Program-made: the position numbers and the translations under genes
NCBI GenBank assembly: GCA_964016885.1
Contig: OZ024754.1
Coordinates: 21,886,001 to 21,950,000 of the forward strand
Direction: 5' to 3'
Source: Eledone cirrhosa
Taxonomy: Eukaryota
DNA: 64,000 bases
The notes under the pieces: model-generated
The model's database searches: none
Told to the model about the DNA's origin: nothing
The model's input: the letters and a program-made list of their open reading frames with translations, nothing else
Shown here: positions 13,135-25,479 of the stretch, piece by piece
Layout: each line of letters opens with the position of its first letter
Position numbering within the stretch: position 1 is the first letter of the stretch

Positions 13135-14560
13135 AATAAAATGTTACAGTATCGTGAGAGAGAATAGAGAGAAGAAGCGTTATAGAAAGAGACGATACAG
13201 ATAATTAATTGCCATAAGCAGGTGCATTCGTGCTCGATGCTTGTGCAAACAGGGTTAAATATTAGAAGCGTTAATATTTAGTGTGTGAATTTAAGCAGAG
13301 CAATTATAATCGAAGAAATTGATGAAAGAGAAGCAAGCCGTTAAAATATATTTATAAGAAGTTCTTACACATGTTACGCCCAAGAGGAGCTCTTCAGAGG
13401 CACACAATGAAATAAAGGATTTAATAAAGAACCCTGTATAGGTATGAGTAAGATTTTAACATTGAAATTCATATCGCGATGTTACAAAGTTAAATGCTTA
13501 TGTTTGTGAACAAAAGGAAGTAATTCCGGTGTTATTTAGATTTATCAGCTAAATTAAAGTCCACTATTACAAAATATTTATTTATTCCCCTACTTCTAGT
13601 TACTACATGTTAATTTAATTATGCTTTGTCAAGCCAATTTAATGAGGCACAGTTAAAGTATGAATGTGAGTATTCAATAATATTAAGGTCGATGAAACTT
13701 ATGCACCGGTTTAAATTAGTATAAAGCTGCAATTTCCACATAGGCTTAAGTGCCGAGAAATGTAAAGGCATAAACGTCAGGCCCTGCACAGTTACATGAT
13801 TATATGTCGATGGTGTTTAAATGGTACAATCATTGATTCTGCAGAGATACTCAAAATTGAGTCTATTAGAATGGAAGAATACGACGAGGTAATCAGGTCC
13901 AAACATATGTAGTGCAACACCCTTGAGGGATGACGGGGGCTGGATAATAGTATTGTTCACAGATGTTTAATTTTTAGCCCATTGTTTTAAGACATGCCAG
14001 GGCGCAGTGTAGGAGGCCCTGGTGTTATGGTGTTTGAGTATTATCCGGGGTCCATCTATAAAATGACTATTGTAGTCTATGAGATCAGGGGCCGCTAACA
14101 ATATATAGTACAGCTCCATAAGACAGAGCTGGCAGTTTTTCTTCAAGTTGTAGGGTGTTGCCGGGTTGACAATTTCCCAATAAGTGAAGAAGCTAATGCT
14201 AGAGTCTTTTAATTGGGTGATGTAATTCGTGAGGGATGTAGAGTATCTTAGCTTCCTATTCCTAAAAGAGTGGAGATACGCTCGAAATCTAGTCTTGAAC
14301 GACCCAGAAGTGGCCCCTATGTAATACTTGACACTATTGTGGCTAGTAACAGTACATCTATATATAACATTTTTAGTTAGGCATTGGCCTCGGAGCAGAC
14401 AGTTAGCAGGGTCACGACAGTTGCAGTGCTTACTACGGTCCCCTCTAAGGTGGTGGTTGTTAGTACCCACTGTAATATTATTATTATTATTATTATTATC
14501 AGCACAACGGCTACTATTATTGTCGTTAGTATTACCATAGCTAAGGACGCACAGGGTAGT
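13135..14560 (-). mobile_element. PLE 3' fragment (GIY-YIG; related to 1025-3490)
   Basis: HCNCRDPANCLLRGQC..VIYRC..YYIGATSGSFKTRF..CQLC; poly-Asn linker; hammerhead remnant at 13361-13403. Confidence 0.8.
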
Positions 14561-14832
14561 ACCATAAACGTGGTTTTGTCTTTGCGTGTAATTGTTCTCT
14601 TCGCTCCACATAATGACGTATTATCTTCACTTTTTTCCGTTCATTGCCAGGGAACGTCTTCACGAACCAAAGTATCATCTTCCTGTTTTCCTTCGGTTGC
14701 AACGTTTTTCGAAATATTTACTTCTGCGTTCACAGATTGATTTTTTAGTTTCAGAAGATCCCGTTAAGGGTTAAAGCAGCGATTCTTTGCTTAAACTTTA
14801 ATCTGTTATTTTAATACATACATATATATATT

Positions 14833-14887
<55 letters not shown>

Positions 14888-16290
14888 CTATACATCTGTA
14901 CAAGCCATGTATAGGGGAGCAGTCAGCAAAGTTAGGATTAGCAATGAGTATAGCGAGGAATTTAGCGTACAGGTCGGTGTCCACCAGGGCTCTGTTCTTA
15001 GCCCTCTCCTGTTCATCATAGTCCTGCAGGCAATAACGGAGGAGTTTAAGACTGGATGCCCATTGGAACTCCTGTATGCAGATGACCCCGCACTTATAGC
15101 TGAATCTATGGTAGAACTAGAGAAGAAATTCCAAAGTTGGAAGCAGGGACTAGAAAGAAAGGGTCTCAAAGTCAACCTGACAAAGGCTAAGGTCCTTGTA
15201 AGTAAACGAGAAAACAGAACCCAGATCCTCTCAGGGAAATGGCCTTGCTCAGTATGTAGGAAAGGGTGCAGGTAGGAACTCCATTCTCTGCCCCAAATGC
15301 AAAGAGATGTAGCGGGATCTCAGGAAGCTTAACTAAGAATGTAGGCTTCACATGTAGCAGCTGTGCTGGGACAGCAAGCAGCAAACAGCCACAGGAAACA
15401 AGTACCACCAAACTCTGGGAGGGCTCTGTAGAAACAGTAGACAGCTTCTGCTACCTAGGTGACCGAATTAGCAGCGGAGGTGGGTGTTCGGAAAGTACAA
15501 TAACTAGGATAATAATAGGATGGCAGAAGTTCAGGGAACTACTGCCACTGCTAGCTGCAAAAGGCTTTTCCCTCAAAATGAAAGGCAGACTGTATGATGC
15601 GTGTATACGAACAGCAATGTTACATGGTAGTGAGACCTGGGCATTGTGTGTAGAAGACTTGCGTAGATTAGAAAGAAACAAAGCTTGCATGCTCCAATGG
15701 ATGTGTAATAGTAATATAGACAAACGGCAAAGCATAAATGAATTGAGAGAGAGACTGAGCATAAGAGGAATCAAATGCTGTGTGCAGGAGAGGCGGTTGC
15801 GTTGATATGGACATGTGATGCGTATGAAGGATGACAGCTGCATAAAAAGGTGCAGAGCACTAGAAGTCGATGGAAACCGTGGAGTGGGGAGACCCAAGAA
15901 GACCTGGGATGAGTTGATAAAAGCCGACCTTACCCAATTGCACCTCTCAAAGGCGATGACTAACGACCGTGACGTCTGACGTCACGCAGTAATAGAGGGT
16001 ACCCGACGTCCCTACGGATACAAGCCGAAGCTGAAGCATATAGACAATATTCCCCCACCCCATCCCACTGCAAAGTGGTCATGGAGATGCCACGGCAAAA
16101 AAGCACCCAGCCCACACTGTAAATGAGGTTGGTGTTAGGAAGGGTATCCAGCTGTAGAAATCAAGCCAGAATCAGTTCCCGTATGAGCAAGACAAGGTCA
16201 GCCGACTGGACACTGCCCTCAACAGGACGAGCCGTCTAACCCATGCTAGCGTGGAAGAACGGACGTAAAATGGTGATGATGATGACGATA
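14888..16290 (+). mobile_element. 5'-truncated RTE LINE
   Basis: GVHQGSVLSPLLF, LLYADD, FCYLGD, MLHGSETW; 3' UTR and (GAT)n tail. Confidence 0.9.
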
Positions 16291-17054
16291 CATGTATATA
16301 TATTAATAAAAGGAATTCCAACTTTGTCTGATTTACTCGTTTTATTTACAATCCTTTAAAATTTATAATGGTATTGGAATGAAATAGTATGGTAGAATAT
16401 TAAATGTTCAGTGTTAATTGAACAAGTACTTTTAATGCTTTCGCAATCTTCAGGTTTATATTCTGTGGTGACAGTCAAGTTTGCAATTTTCAGAAAATTG
16501 TAAACAAACAAACCGAACATTATAATAAATGTTTGGTAAACCGATATGTACATATATATATATATGTGTGCATGTATATATATATATACATACTACTGTA
16601 CGTCTGTATACATATATGTATGTACGTATACATACATACTTACATTTAAGTATCACCCGTACTAAGAGTGAGAAATGAAATTTTGTTTCATTTTTTTCCA
16701 TTTATCGTTTTCGGTGCGCCCGGCCGACTAACTCACCCGATATGCAAGTTAGGCTGCTCAGCTGTTAATATGCATAAGGAAAGTATATACTTTCAGACGT
16801 TCAATCATCTGACAGGAAGGTACACGATGCTGACGATAGCTAATAAGCTTGAAACTAGTACATCATTCCTGTGTCAGTGTTGAACAAAAAGGCGACGATG
16901 GTTGCCTGAACACTGTACGGCTTAATTCGGGCTGTTTGTTTACAAACAAACTGAACATTATAATTGTTCGGTAAACCCATACAAACTTATATATATGTGT
17001 GCATGTATGTATATATATACATACTACTGTACGTCTGTATATATATATGTATGT

Positions 17055-17127
17055 ACTTACATTTATATATATATGCATATATATATATATATACATATAT
17101 ATGTATGTATATATATATATATGTATG

Positions 17128-17219
<92 letters not shown>

Positions 17220-17230
17220 TATATATGATG

Positions 17231-17261
<31 letters not shown>

Positions 17262-17270
17262 ATATGTATG

Positions 17271-17301
<31 letters not shown>

Positions 17302-17310
17302 ATATGTATG

Positions 17311-17343
<33 letters not shown>

Positions 17344-17422
17344 ATATATATATATGTATGTATATATGTATGTATGTATATATATATGTATGTATGTATG
17401 TATATATATATGTACGTATGTA

Positions 17423-17457
<35 letters not shown>
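17055..17457. repeat. (TA)n/(TATG)n microsatellite
   Basis: Direct inspection. Confidence 0.95.
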
Positions 17458-17780
17458 CATCATCATCATCATTTAACGTCCGCTTTTCCCTGCTTGCAAC
17501 GGTGGGACGGGAACTGATTCTGGCTTGATGCCCTTCCTAACACCAACCTCATTTACAGTGAGTGCTGGGTGCTTTTTTGCCGTGGCACCTCCACGACCAC
17601 TTTACAGTGGAATGATGGGACCCCAGTCCTTATCATCTCATTTCTACAGCTGAGTAAACTGGAGCAATGTGAAATAAAGTGTCTTGCTCAAGGAAACAAC
17701 ACATCACCCGGTCTGAGAATTGAACTCACAACCTTTCGATTGCAAGGCCAATGCTCTAACCACTAAGCCATGTGCCTCCA
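17458..17780 (-). mobile_element. tRNA-derived SINE
   Basis: Reverse complement of 23604-23933. Confidence 0.85.
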
Positions 17781-17789
17781 TATATATGT

Positions 17790-20572
17790 ATCATCATCAT
17801 CATCATCATTTTACGTCCTATTCAGCACATCATCTCTCCACTTGTCACGGTCCTTCGTCATCTCCACTGTGAGCCTCAGCGATATGAGGTCTGCTCTCAC
17901 CACCTCCGCCTATGTTTTTCGTGGTTTACCTCTACCACGTCTTCCTTCAACTGGCATTTCCTGGCACTTCTTCACCCATCAGTCATCCTCCATGCGCATC
18001 ACATGTCCATACCATCACAGTCTCCTCTCTCGCACACTGCAATCTATCCCTCTCAGACACAGTTTCTCTCTCAACACATCCACGCTCGGTCGTTCACACA
18101 CATTGACATTGCACATCCAACGGAGCATGTTTGCCTCATTTCTCTCCAGCCGTCATATATCCTCTGCAGTTGCTGCCCATGTCTCACTACCATACAGCAC
18201 CGCGCTCCTCACACAGGCATCATATAACTGGCCTTTCGTACGCAGGGAGAAACCTTTCTTCATCAGCAGAGGAAGCAGGTCCCTAAACTTCTTCCAACCC
18301 GTCCTTATTCTAGATACTATGGCCTCGGAACACCCCTCTCCCATGCTAATCTGATCTAGGTATTGGAAGCTATCAACCACTTCTATAGCACCCACCTACA
18401 TTTGAAAAATGTGTCTATCAATGCGACTTCTACTGTCTAATTTCCCTGTACATCTACTGCATACATATTTCTCCCTACCTGTTAGTTTGCCTGCTATCCC
18501 GCTACATCTCTTGTGTACCCAGGATCTGCATTGTGTGCATTTTATAGAATATATGCCAGTTCCTTTTCTGCATATCGAACAGGGCCATTTCCCTGACGGA
18601 ATCAGAGTTTCCTACTCATCAACACTTTTGTCTTAGCTAGGCTCACTCTCAGTCCTCTTGATTCCAACTGCTGTTTCTATAGCCAGAATTTATTCTCTAG
18701 CTCCTCTACTGATTCTGCTATAAGAACCAGATCGTCAGCATAGAGACGTTCCCATGGACAGCCAGTCTTAAACTCCTCTGTTATGGCTTGGAGGACTATA
18801 ACATACAAGCTCGGGCTGAGGACCGAACCCTGATGTACCCCTACTTGTATTTGGAATTCCTCACTAAACCCCATCTCTACCCTCACTTTACTGACAGAAC
18901 TTCTGTACAAAGTTTGCACTGTCCTCACAAGCCATTCCTCAACACCTAGTTTCCTTAGGGACCACCAGATGACAGATCGGTGTACCCTATTAAAGGCCTT
19001 CTCTAGGTCAACAAAAGCTAAGTATAGTGGCTTATTCTTCTCTAAGAACCTCTCTTGTAATTGTCTCACCAAGAGGAGGGCATCTGTTGTACCTTTCCCA
19101 GTCACAAAACCAAATTGCATCTCATCTAGTTTGACCCTTTCTCTAATTAGTTGTGCTAATATCCTTTCTGCCACTTTCATAACCTGATCCATCAGTTTTA
19201 TACCCCTATAATTGCTCCTCTCCAGAGCATCCCCTTTACCTTTGTGCAACCAGTTTAATGCCTACTTCAGCTGATGCCTTCAGCATCTCAGCAACTATCC
19301 CCAACGGTCCAGAAGCCTTACCATTTTTCATTTCCTTAATCGCCTGTTGGACCCTATATTCGTCAATCTCAATAGCTGGTCCCCTGTCGGATCTATTGAG
19401 GGTAATTTCTCTCTCTCCCATTCGTTCTCCACATTCATCAGTCTCTCATAATGACATTTCCAGGCCTTCTTTTTCTGATCATTTGTGACACTAAGTACAC
19501 CGGTATCATTCCGGACACACATATCTCCAACAATATCCTGATTTGCATTGACACACTGCCTTGCAATGTGGAACACCGCACGCCTCTGATCTTCCTGTCG
19601 TAGAACATTGGCAAACCTCCTACTTTCAGCCTTCTTGCGTGCTAAATACACCTGACGTCTAGCTTCTTTCTTAGCGGCTGTATATCCTTCCCTACTCCCA
19701 CCCTTATTCCAAGCCTTTCATGCTAGTCTCTAATGGCCCTATCTACTGTGCTGTTCCACCACCAGGTCACTCTCTGTCTGGTTGGAGCTCTGCTCCAGCC
19801 ACAAGTTTCTTCAGTAGCCTGCAGTAAGTTGACACATAAGAAATTCCAGTTATTATCTATGTCATACGACTCTAAATCGTCTTCTTTTTCGTCATACACA
19901 TCTTGAAGGGCTTTCCTAAATTTGTATTTTAGTGAAAGGTCTTTTAGCTTCCAGACCTTTCTTCTCCACACCTTCCTGTATGTCTCATTCCATCTCTTGC
20001 TTACTGAGATATCACTAACGACTAACCTATGCTGCGGGGTACATTCTTCCTCAGGGTATGCCTTGGTATTTGACACCATCTGCCTGTCCTGCTGCCTAAC
20101 TAGTAAGAAGTCAACCTGGCTTATGTGCTCGCCTGATTTGTAGGTTATTAGGTGGTTGGCAGGTTTCTGGAAGTTAGTGTTGCAAATAGTCAGTGTACTT
20201 GCATCACAAAATTCAAGAAGTCTCACTCCTTCCTCATTTCTTGAGCCGTAACTGTGCCCACCATGTACCCCAGTGTAACCATCTTGGAGCTGTCCAACAT
20301 GACCATTGAAGTCCCCTGCTAGCATAACAATGTCTCCGTCCTCTGTCATTGCGGCTGTTTGTAAAAGTTGCTCATAAAAGCAGTCTTTCTCTTCCTTACC
20401 TAGGCCTGCTTGAGAAACATAGGCAGAGATGATTGTCAGTAGTCTCCAGCCTACAGCTAATCTAAGCTTAATTATTCGATTATTAACTCGAACTACTTCT
20501 ATTGTCTTATTGATCCATCTCTCAGCCAGGAAAATGCCTACTCCCCCTAACCCATCATCCTTACCTAGCCAG
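17790..20572 (-). mobile_element. Decayed RTE LINE (APE endonuclease plus RT)
   Basis: AGDFNGHVG, QVDFLL, NYRGIKLM, QFGF, FVDLEKAFNRV, LYADD; (TGA)n tail at ~17790-17808. Confidence 0.9.
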
Positions 20573-21811
20573 AAAAAAAAAATATATATATATATATGTA
20601 AGCAAAAGGGATATTCAATTTGTTGGCAATTCTACAAATATAAACGTTTATAACTGATTCAGAGCACTCGACAGGTCTTCTGGAGTTTAATATTCAATGA
20701 TATTAAATAGATGGAAACTATATTTATAAAACCATATTTATTCTATTATATATATTTCAAGGGTACCAAAACTTTGGTACGCTTTCATCATATTAAATAC
20801 GAAGTGTGTTTTATAAATTTTGACATAACCAAGAAAAATACCTTCACAGTTCAAGTTTTCCTTGGATAGTGAAGGGATAAGAGAAGAAAAGTCAGATATT
20901 TCAAATTGTTAAGATGAGTATGCAAATGAGGTTGAGGTAAAGGGCTGACAAAAACGTTATTTTAGATGCTATGGAGAATTTAAATAATGTATGCGTAGGA
21001 AAGAAGAAAAAGGAAGAAGAGCTTGTATTTACGTTAATTTAGGGGAAAAGGTGGAATATGATTCCAGAGTTTAAATTTAAATTTATTTACCTATATTATG
21101 AGTTATATCAATTAGATTATATGAAGAATTATGGTTGTAAGTATTTTTATCTTATTACATAGGTTATATGTATATAAATATCTATATAGATTAATAATTG
21201 TGTATATATTAGTATTATAGAAATAGAAATAATTTACAATTATTAGTTGTTTATATTTCTAATATGAGTTACGAAGGAAGTTGATTTTGTATGTTACATT
21301 TAAAAAAATAGGTGGTTCAAGTTGTGAGAGGAGAATAATTTGTAGATTTGAATATTGAAAATGTTTTCAGAATATTGTTAATTTAGCGAAGTTATATAGA
21401 TTATCGTACATAATATGTTTGTTTGCACGATTGAGAAAGGAAAGATAATTCCAATTTTGTTTGTTAACCGTTAAAATTGATGAGTGATTTACTCAGAAAA
21501 TATATAGAGAAAATTATATATTATTTTGTGTGAGATTAATTATTATGTGTGAAAGTTTGAATATCAAAAAGAGAAGAAAAACGTAATGTGCTTTTCGAAG
21601 AACTATTGTAAAGAGGATAAATTTTCAGAATGTCAATTAAATGAGGTTGAGGTAAAGGGCTGAAAAAAACATTAATTTTTTTTAATATATATATTATATA
21701 TATACACACACACAGACACAACTCCCGTCTAACCCATGCTAGTGTGGAAAGTGGACGTTAAACGAGGATGATGATGATGATGAATATACACATACGCACA
21801 CATATATATAC

Positions 21812-22335
21812 ATTAAAATAACAGATTAAAGTTTAAGCAAAGAATCGCTGCTTTCACCCTTAACAGGATCTTCTGAAACTAACAAAGTCAATCTGTGAAC
21901 GCAGAAGTAAATATTTCAAAAAACGTTGCAACCGGAGGAAGACAGGAAGACGATACTTTGGTTCATGGAAACGTTCCCTGGCAAAGAACGGGAAAAAACG
22001 AATATAATACGTCATTATTTGGAGCGGTGAAAAACAATTACACGCAAAGACAAAACCACGTTTATGGTATAAAAGAAGTCGTAGACTAATATTCTTTTAT
22101 ACCATAATTGTTTTACACCGCTCCAAATAATGACGTATTATATTCGTTTTTTCCCGTTCTTTGTCAGGGAACGTTTCCACGAACCAAAGTATCATCTTCC
22201 TGTCTTCCGGTTGCAACATTTAAAAAAATATTTACTTCTGCGTTCACAGATTGACTTTGTTAGTTTCAGAAGATCCCGTTAAGGGTGAAAGCAGCGATTC
22301 TTTGCTTAAACTTTAATCTGTTATTTTAATAAATA
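21812..22335. repeat. Long fold-back (arms ~240-260 bp) of the PLE-associated repeat
   Basis: 21812-22040 is the reverse complement of ~22104-22331. Confidence 0.9.
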
Positions 22336-22422
22336 TTTGCTCTACGGTTCTTATATATTTGATATATATTTATCCTTATCGGGCCCTCTTTGGATTTTAG
22401 TCTTCAAATTTATTATTATTAC

Positions 22423-22455
<33 letters not shown>

Positions 22456-22567
22456 CTATATATATGTAGTTTATTATATGAACAGAAAACAGAGAGGCAG
22501 TACAAATGATATGGTTTTTAGTTTCACACTAAATATATATATATATGTGTGTATGTATGTGTGTATA

Positions 22568-22615
<48 letters not shown>

Positions 22616-23603
22616 TGTGTGTGTGTTGTATATGTATGTGTATATATGTGCGTACGTGTGTATATGTATATATATGTGTGTGCGTATGTATGTACACATA
22701 TATGTATTATGTATATATATGTGTATATATTTGTATATATGTATGTGTGTATGTACCATTATGTATGTTTGTTGTGTGTGTGCCTGCCTGTGTGTGCGTG
22801 AGTGTATGTGTGTGTAAGTGGGCGCGTGTGTGAATGCTTGTCCACACCTGGAATATATATTAAGAGAAACTTCACAATAAGGGCTCTCACACTTGAATCT
22901 GTTGATGGAACCCTCTCTGCCTTTGTCACCCTTATTTCAGCCTTAAAGAATTAGCTTCTAAAGAATTCCCTTTTCTTTAAACCATTGAACCCCACCCATT
23001 CTGTAGACACCTGTCTTACAGGTATTGTTAGTCTAAGTGATAAACTAGGATTGGTAGTCCAAATTTGATTTTGTTTACAGTATTCTTTCTGCCTTTGTTA
23101 ATATTATAGCCTTAAAGAATTAGCTTTTAATGAACTCCCTTTTCTTTAAATCCTTCAACCACTGACCTCCACCCATCCCAATCCCCACCCTCTCCTACCA
23201 CCAGAAAAGAAAAAATATAAATGCCACTACTTACTTGGACAGCCAGCTCCCTGATGATTTCTCACGAATGAAACAGTTCTAGTCCTGTAGAAGCTCTTCT
23301 ATATTAACCCCTATCCGGGAAATGCCTCTCTAGTAACATTGTTTCCACGAACCAAAGTATCATCTTCCTGTCTTCCTTCGGTTGCAACGTTTTTCGAAAT
23401 ATTTATTTCTGCGTTCACAGATTGATTTTTTTTTAGTTTCAGAAGATCCCATTAAGGGTGAAAGCAGCGATTCTTTGCTTAAACTTTAATCTGTTATTTT
23501 AATAAATATTTGCTCTACGGTTCTTATATATTTGATATATATTTATCCTTATCGAACCCTCTTTGGATTTTAGTCTTCAAATTTATTATTACTATATACT
23601 CCA

Positions 23604-23933
23604 TGGAGGCACATGGCTTAGTGGTTAGTGCATTGGCCTTGCAATCGAAAGGTTGTGAGTTCAATTCTCAGACCGGGTGATGTGTTGTTTCCTTGAGCAA
23701 GACACTTTATTTCACATTGCTCCAGTTTACTCAGCTGTAGAAATGAGATGATAGGACTGGAGTCCTATCATTCCACTGCAAAGTGGTCGTGGAGGTGCCA
23801 TGGCAAAAAAGCACCCAGCACTCACTGTAAATGTTAGGAAGGGCATCCAGCTGTAGAAATCAAGCCAGAATCAGTTCCCGTCCCACCCTTGCAAGCAGGG
23901 AAAAAGTGGACGTAAAATGATGATGATGATGAT
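23604..23933 (+). mobile_element. tRNA-derived SINE with RTE tail
   Basis: A and B boxes, (GAT)n tail. Confidence 0.85.
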
Positions 23934-23960
23934 ATATATATAACTATATATGTAACTATA

Positions 23961-24590
23961 TCTATATATATAAAACTGAGGATGTCTGTCTGTGAGTTTG
24001 AATCCCTAAAACTCGAGAAGTACCCAACCGATTTTTTAAAAAAACTTTACATGTGTATTACTTATGTTTCAGGGAATGCACATAAAATTCAACTTTTTGA
24101 TCCCCTAGGGCCTACATTAGGTGAAAAACTGCGTTTTTTCAGTTTTTTAGGGGTCTTTTGAGGCGTTACGTCAGACTGATTTCCTTGAAATTTGTAACTA
24201 TGTATTAGTCAGACTCTTCTTCATACCGTGAGCAAAGAAAATCCAATTCCTTTATGGCCTAGGGCCCGCATTAGGTGGAAAACTTCATTTTTTCAGCTTT
24301 TTAGGGCCTATTTGATTTCCTGAAATTTTAGCTGATTTTCCTGAAATTTTAAGGCATATTATGCACATAAAAAAAATTCATTTTCTTGATCTCCTAGGGC
24401 CCCGCATTAGGTGTAAACCTGCATTTTTCCTGCTTCATCGAGGAAAATCTTAAAGATTATCCAGCCATCAGAGTATTCGGTTTATTTTCTTTACATATTG
24501 TCCAGGCATGCAGTTTTTCCACGATTAGGTCTGTTGGTGGCCCGCGCTCCAAAATACCTTATCCTGTGCAACGCCGGGTACCACTGCTAG
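23961..24590 (+). mobile_element. Complete non-autonomous Helitron
   Basis: A|TCTATATATATAAAA 5' end; subterminal hairpin 'cctgtgcaacgccggg'; CTAG|T 3' end; no TSD. Confidence 0.8.
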
Positions 24591-25079
24591 TATATATATA
24601 TATAACTATATATATTATGATATTAACGCAGTGAATTGGTAGTGTCTATAGAACCTTTGATAGAATACTTTGTGGTGTTTGTTCGGCCTCACTGTGCTGT
24701 GAGTTTAACCACTTCCCACCAGAGATCACTTTTGCCTTTCATCCTTTCAAAGTTGATAAATGTAGTACAAGTCCATTACTGGAAATGAGTCCCTCTCTCT
24801 TTTTTCTCCCATCTCTCGCTCTTTCTCCCTCCTCCCTTTCCCTCTCTCCCTCTCCTCTTTCTTTCTCCCTTTCCCATCTCTCTCTCCCCTCATGCCCAGG
24901 AGATGACACGTGTAAGGACGAAACCCTTAAGAATCCATCAACAGTTAAATCCCCATGCGTTTTTACTTTTGTTTTCTGGAATTGTGTATAGTGTATATAT
25001 TTGTGTATAAGGTATATGTAAACTATATAGTATATATATTTTTGTATAGGGTATATATTACTGTATAGTTTATATATTG

Positions 25080-25275
25080 TGGAGGCATGTGGCCTAGTGG
25101 TAAGGGTGTTGGACTTATGATCATAATGTCGTGGGTTCGATTCCTGGGCTGGGTTGTGTTCTTGAGCCAAACACTTCATTTCACGTTGCTCCAGTATACT
25201 CAGCTGAAAATGAGTACCAGCAATAGCTGGGGGTTTAAGCCTGCAAGGGACTGGCGTCCTGTCCAGTGGGGACAG
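25080..25275 (+). mobile_element. tRNA-derived SINE (older, related family)
   Basis: A box 'tggcctagtgg', B box 'ggttcgattcc'; core shared with the other SINEs, different 3' part. Confidence 0.75.
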
Positions 25276-25479
25276 AATATATATTAGTGCAAATGCACAC
25301 AGTGGGAATTTCCTATGTTTCCAGATTCTGATGGATAACATGACACTAGTTTATAAAACATTTTACATAGACATAATGTTTACACGGGGTTATATACATA
25401 AGGATATAAGTTATTCCATTTTTTTCCTTCATTTTTCAGCTTCAAAAACAGTCACATTATATACTCAAGTTGAATTATT

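Noticed and set aside
20600-21680. Host exon or classifiable element in the AT-rich block with a short direct repeat (~20925 / ~21640)
   Set aside because: No recognisable protein motif. Exons A and B already join without a gap, so this is probably an old repeat remnant.
24895-24935. Further hammerhead ('caggagatg..ggacgaaac')
   Set aside because: The core and helices are too degenerate to support.
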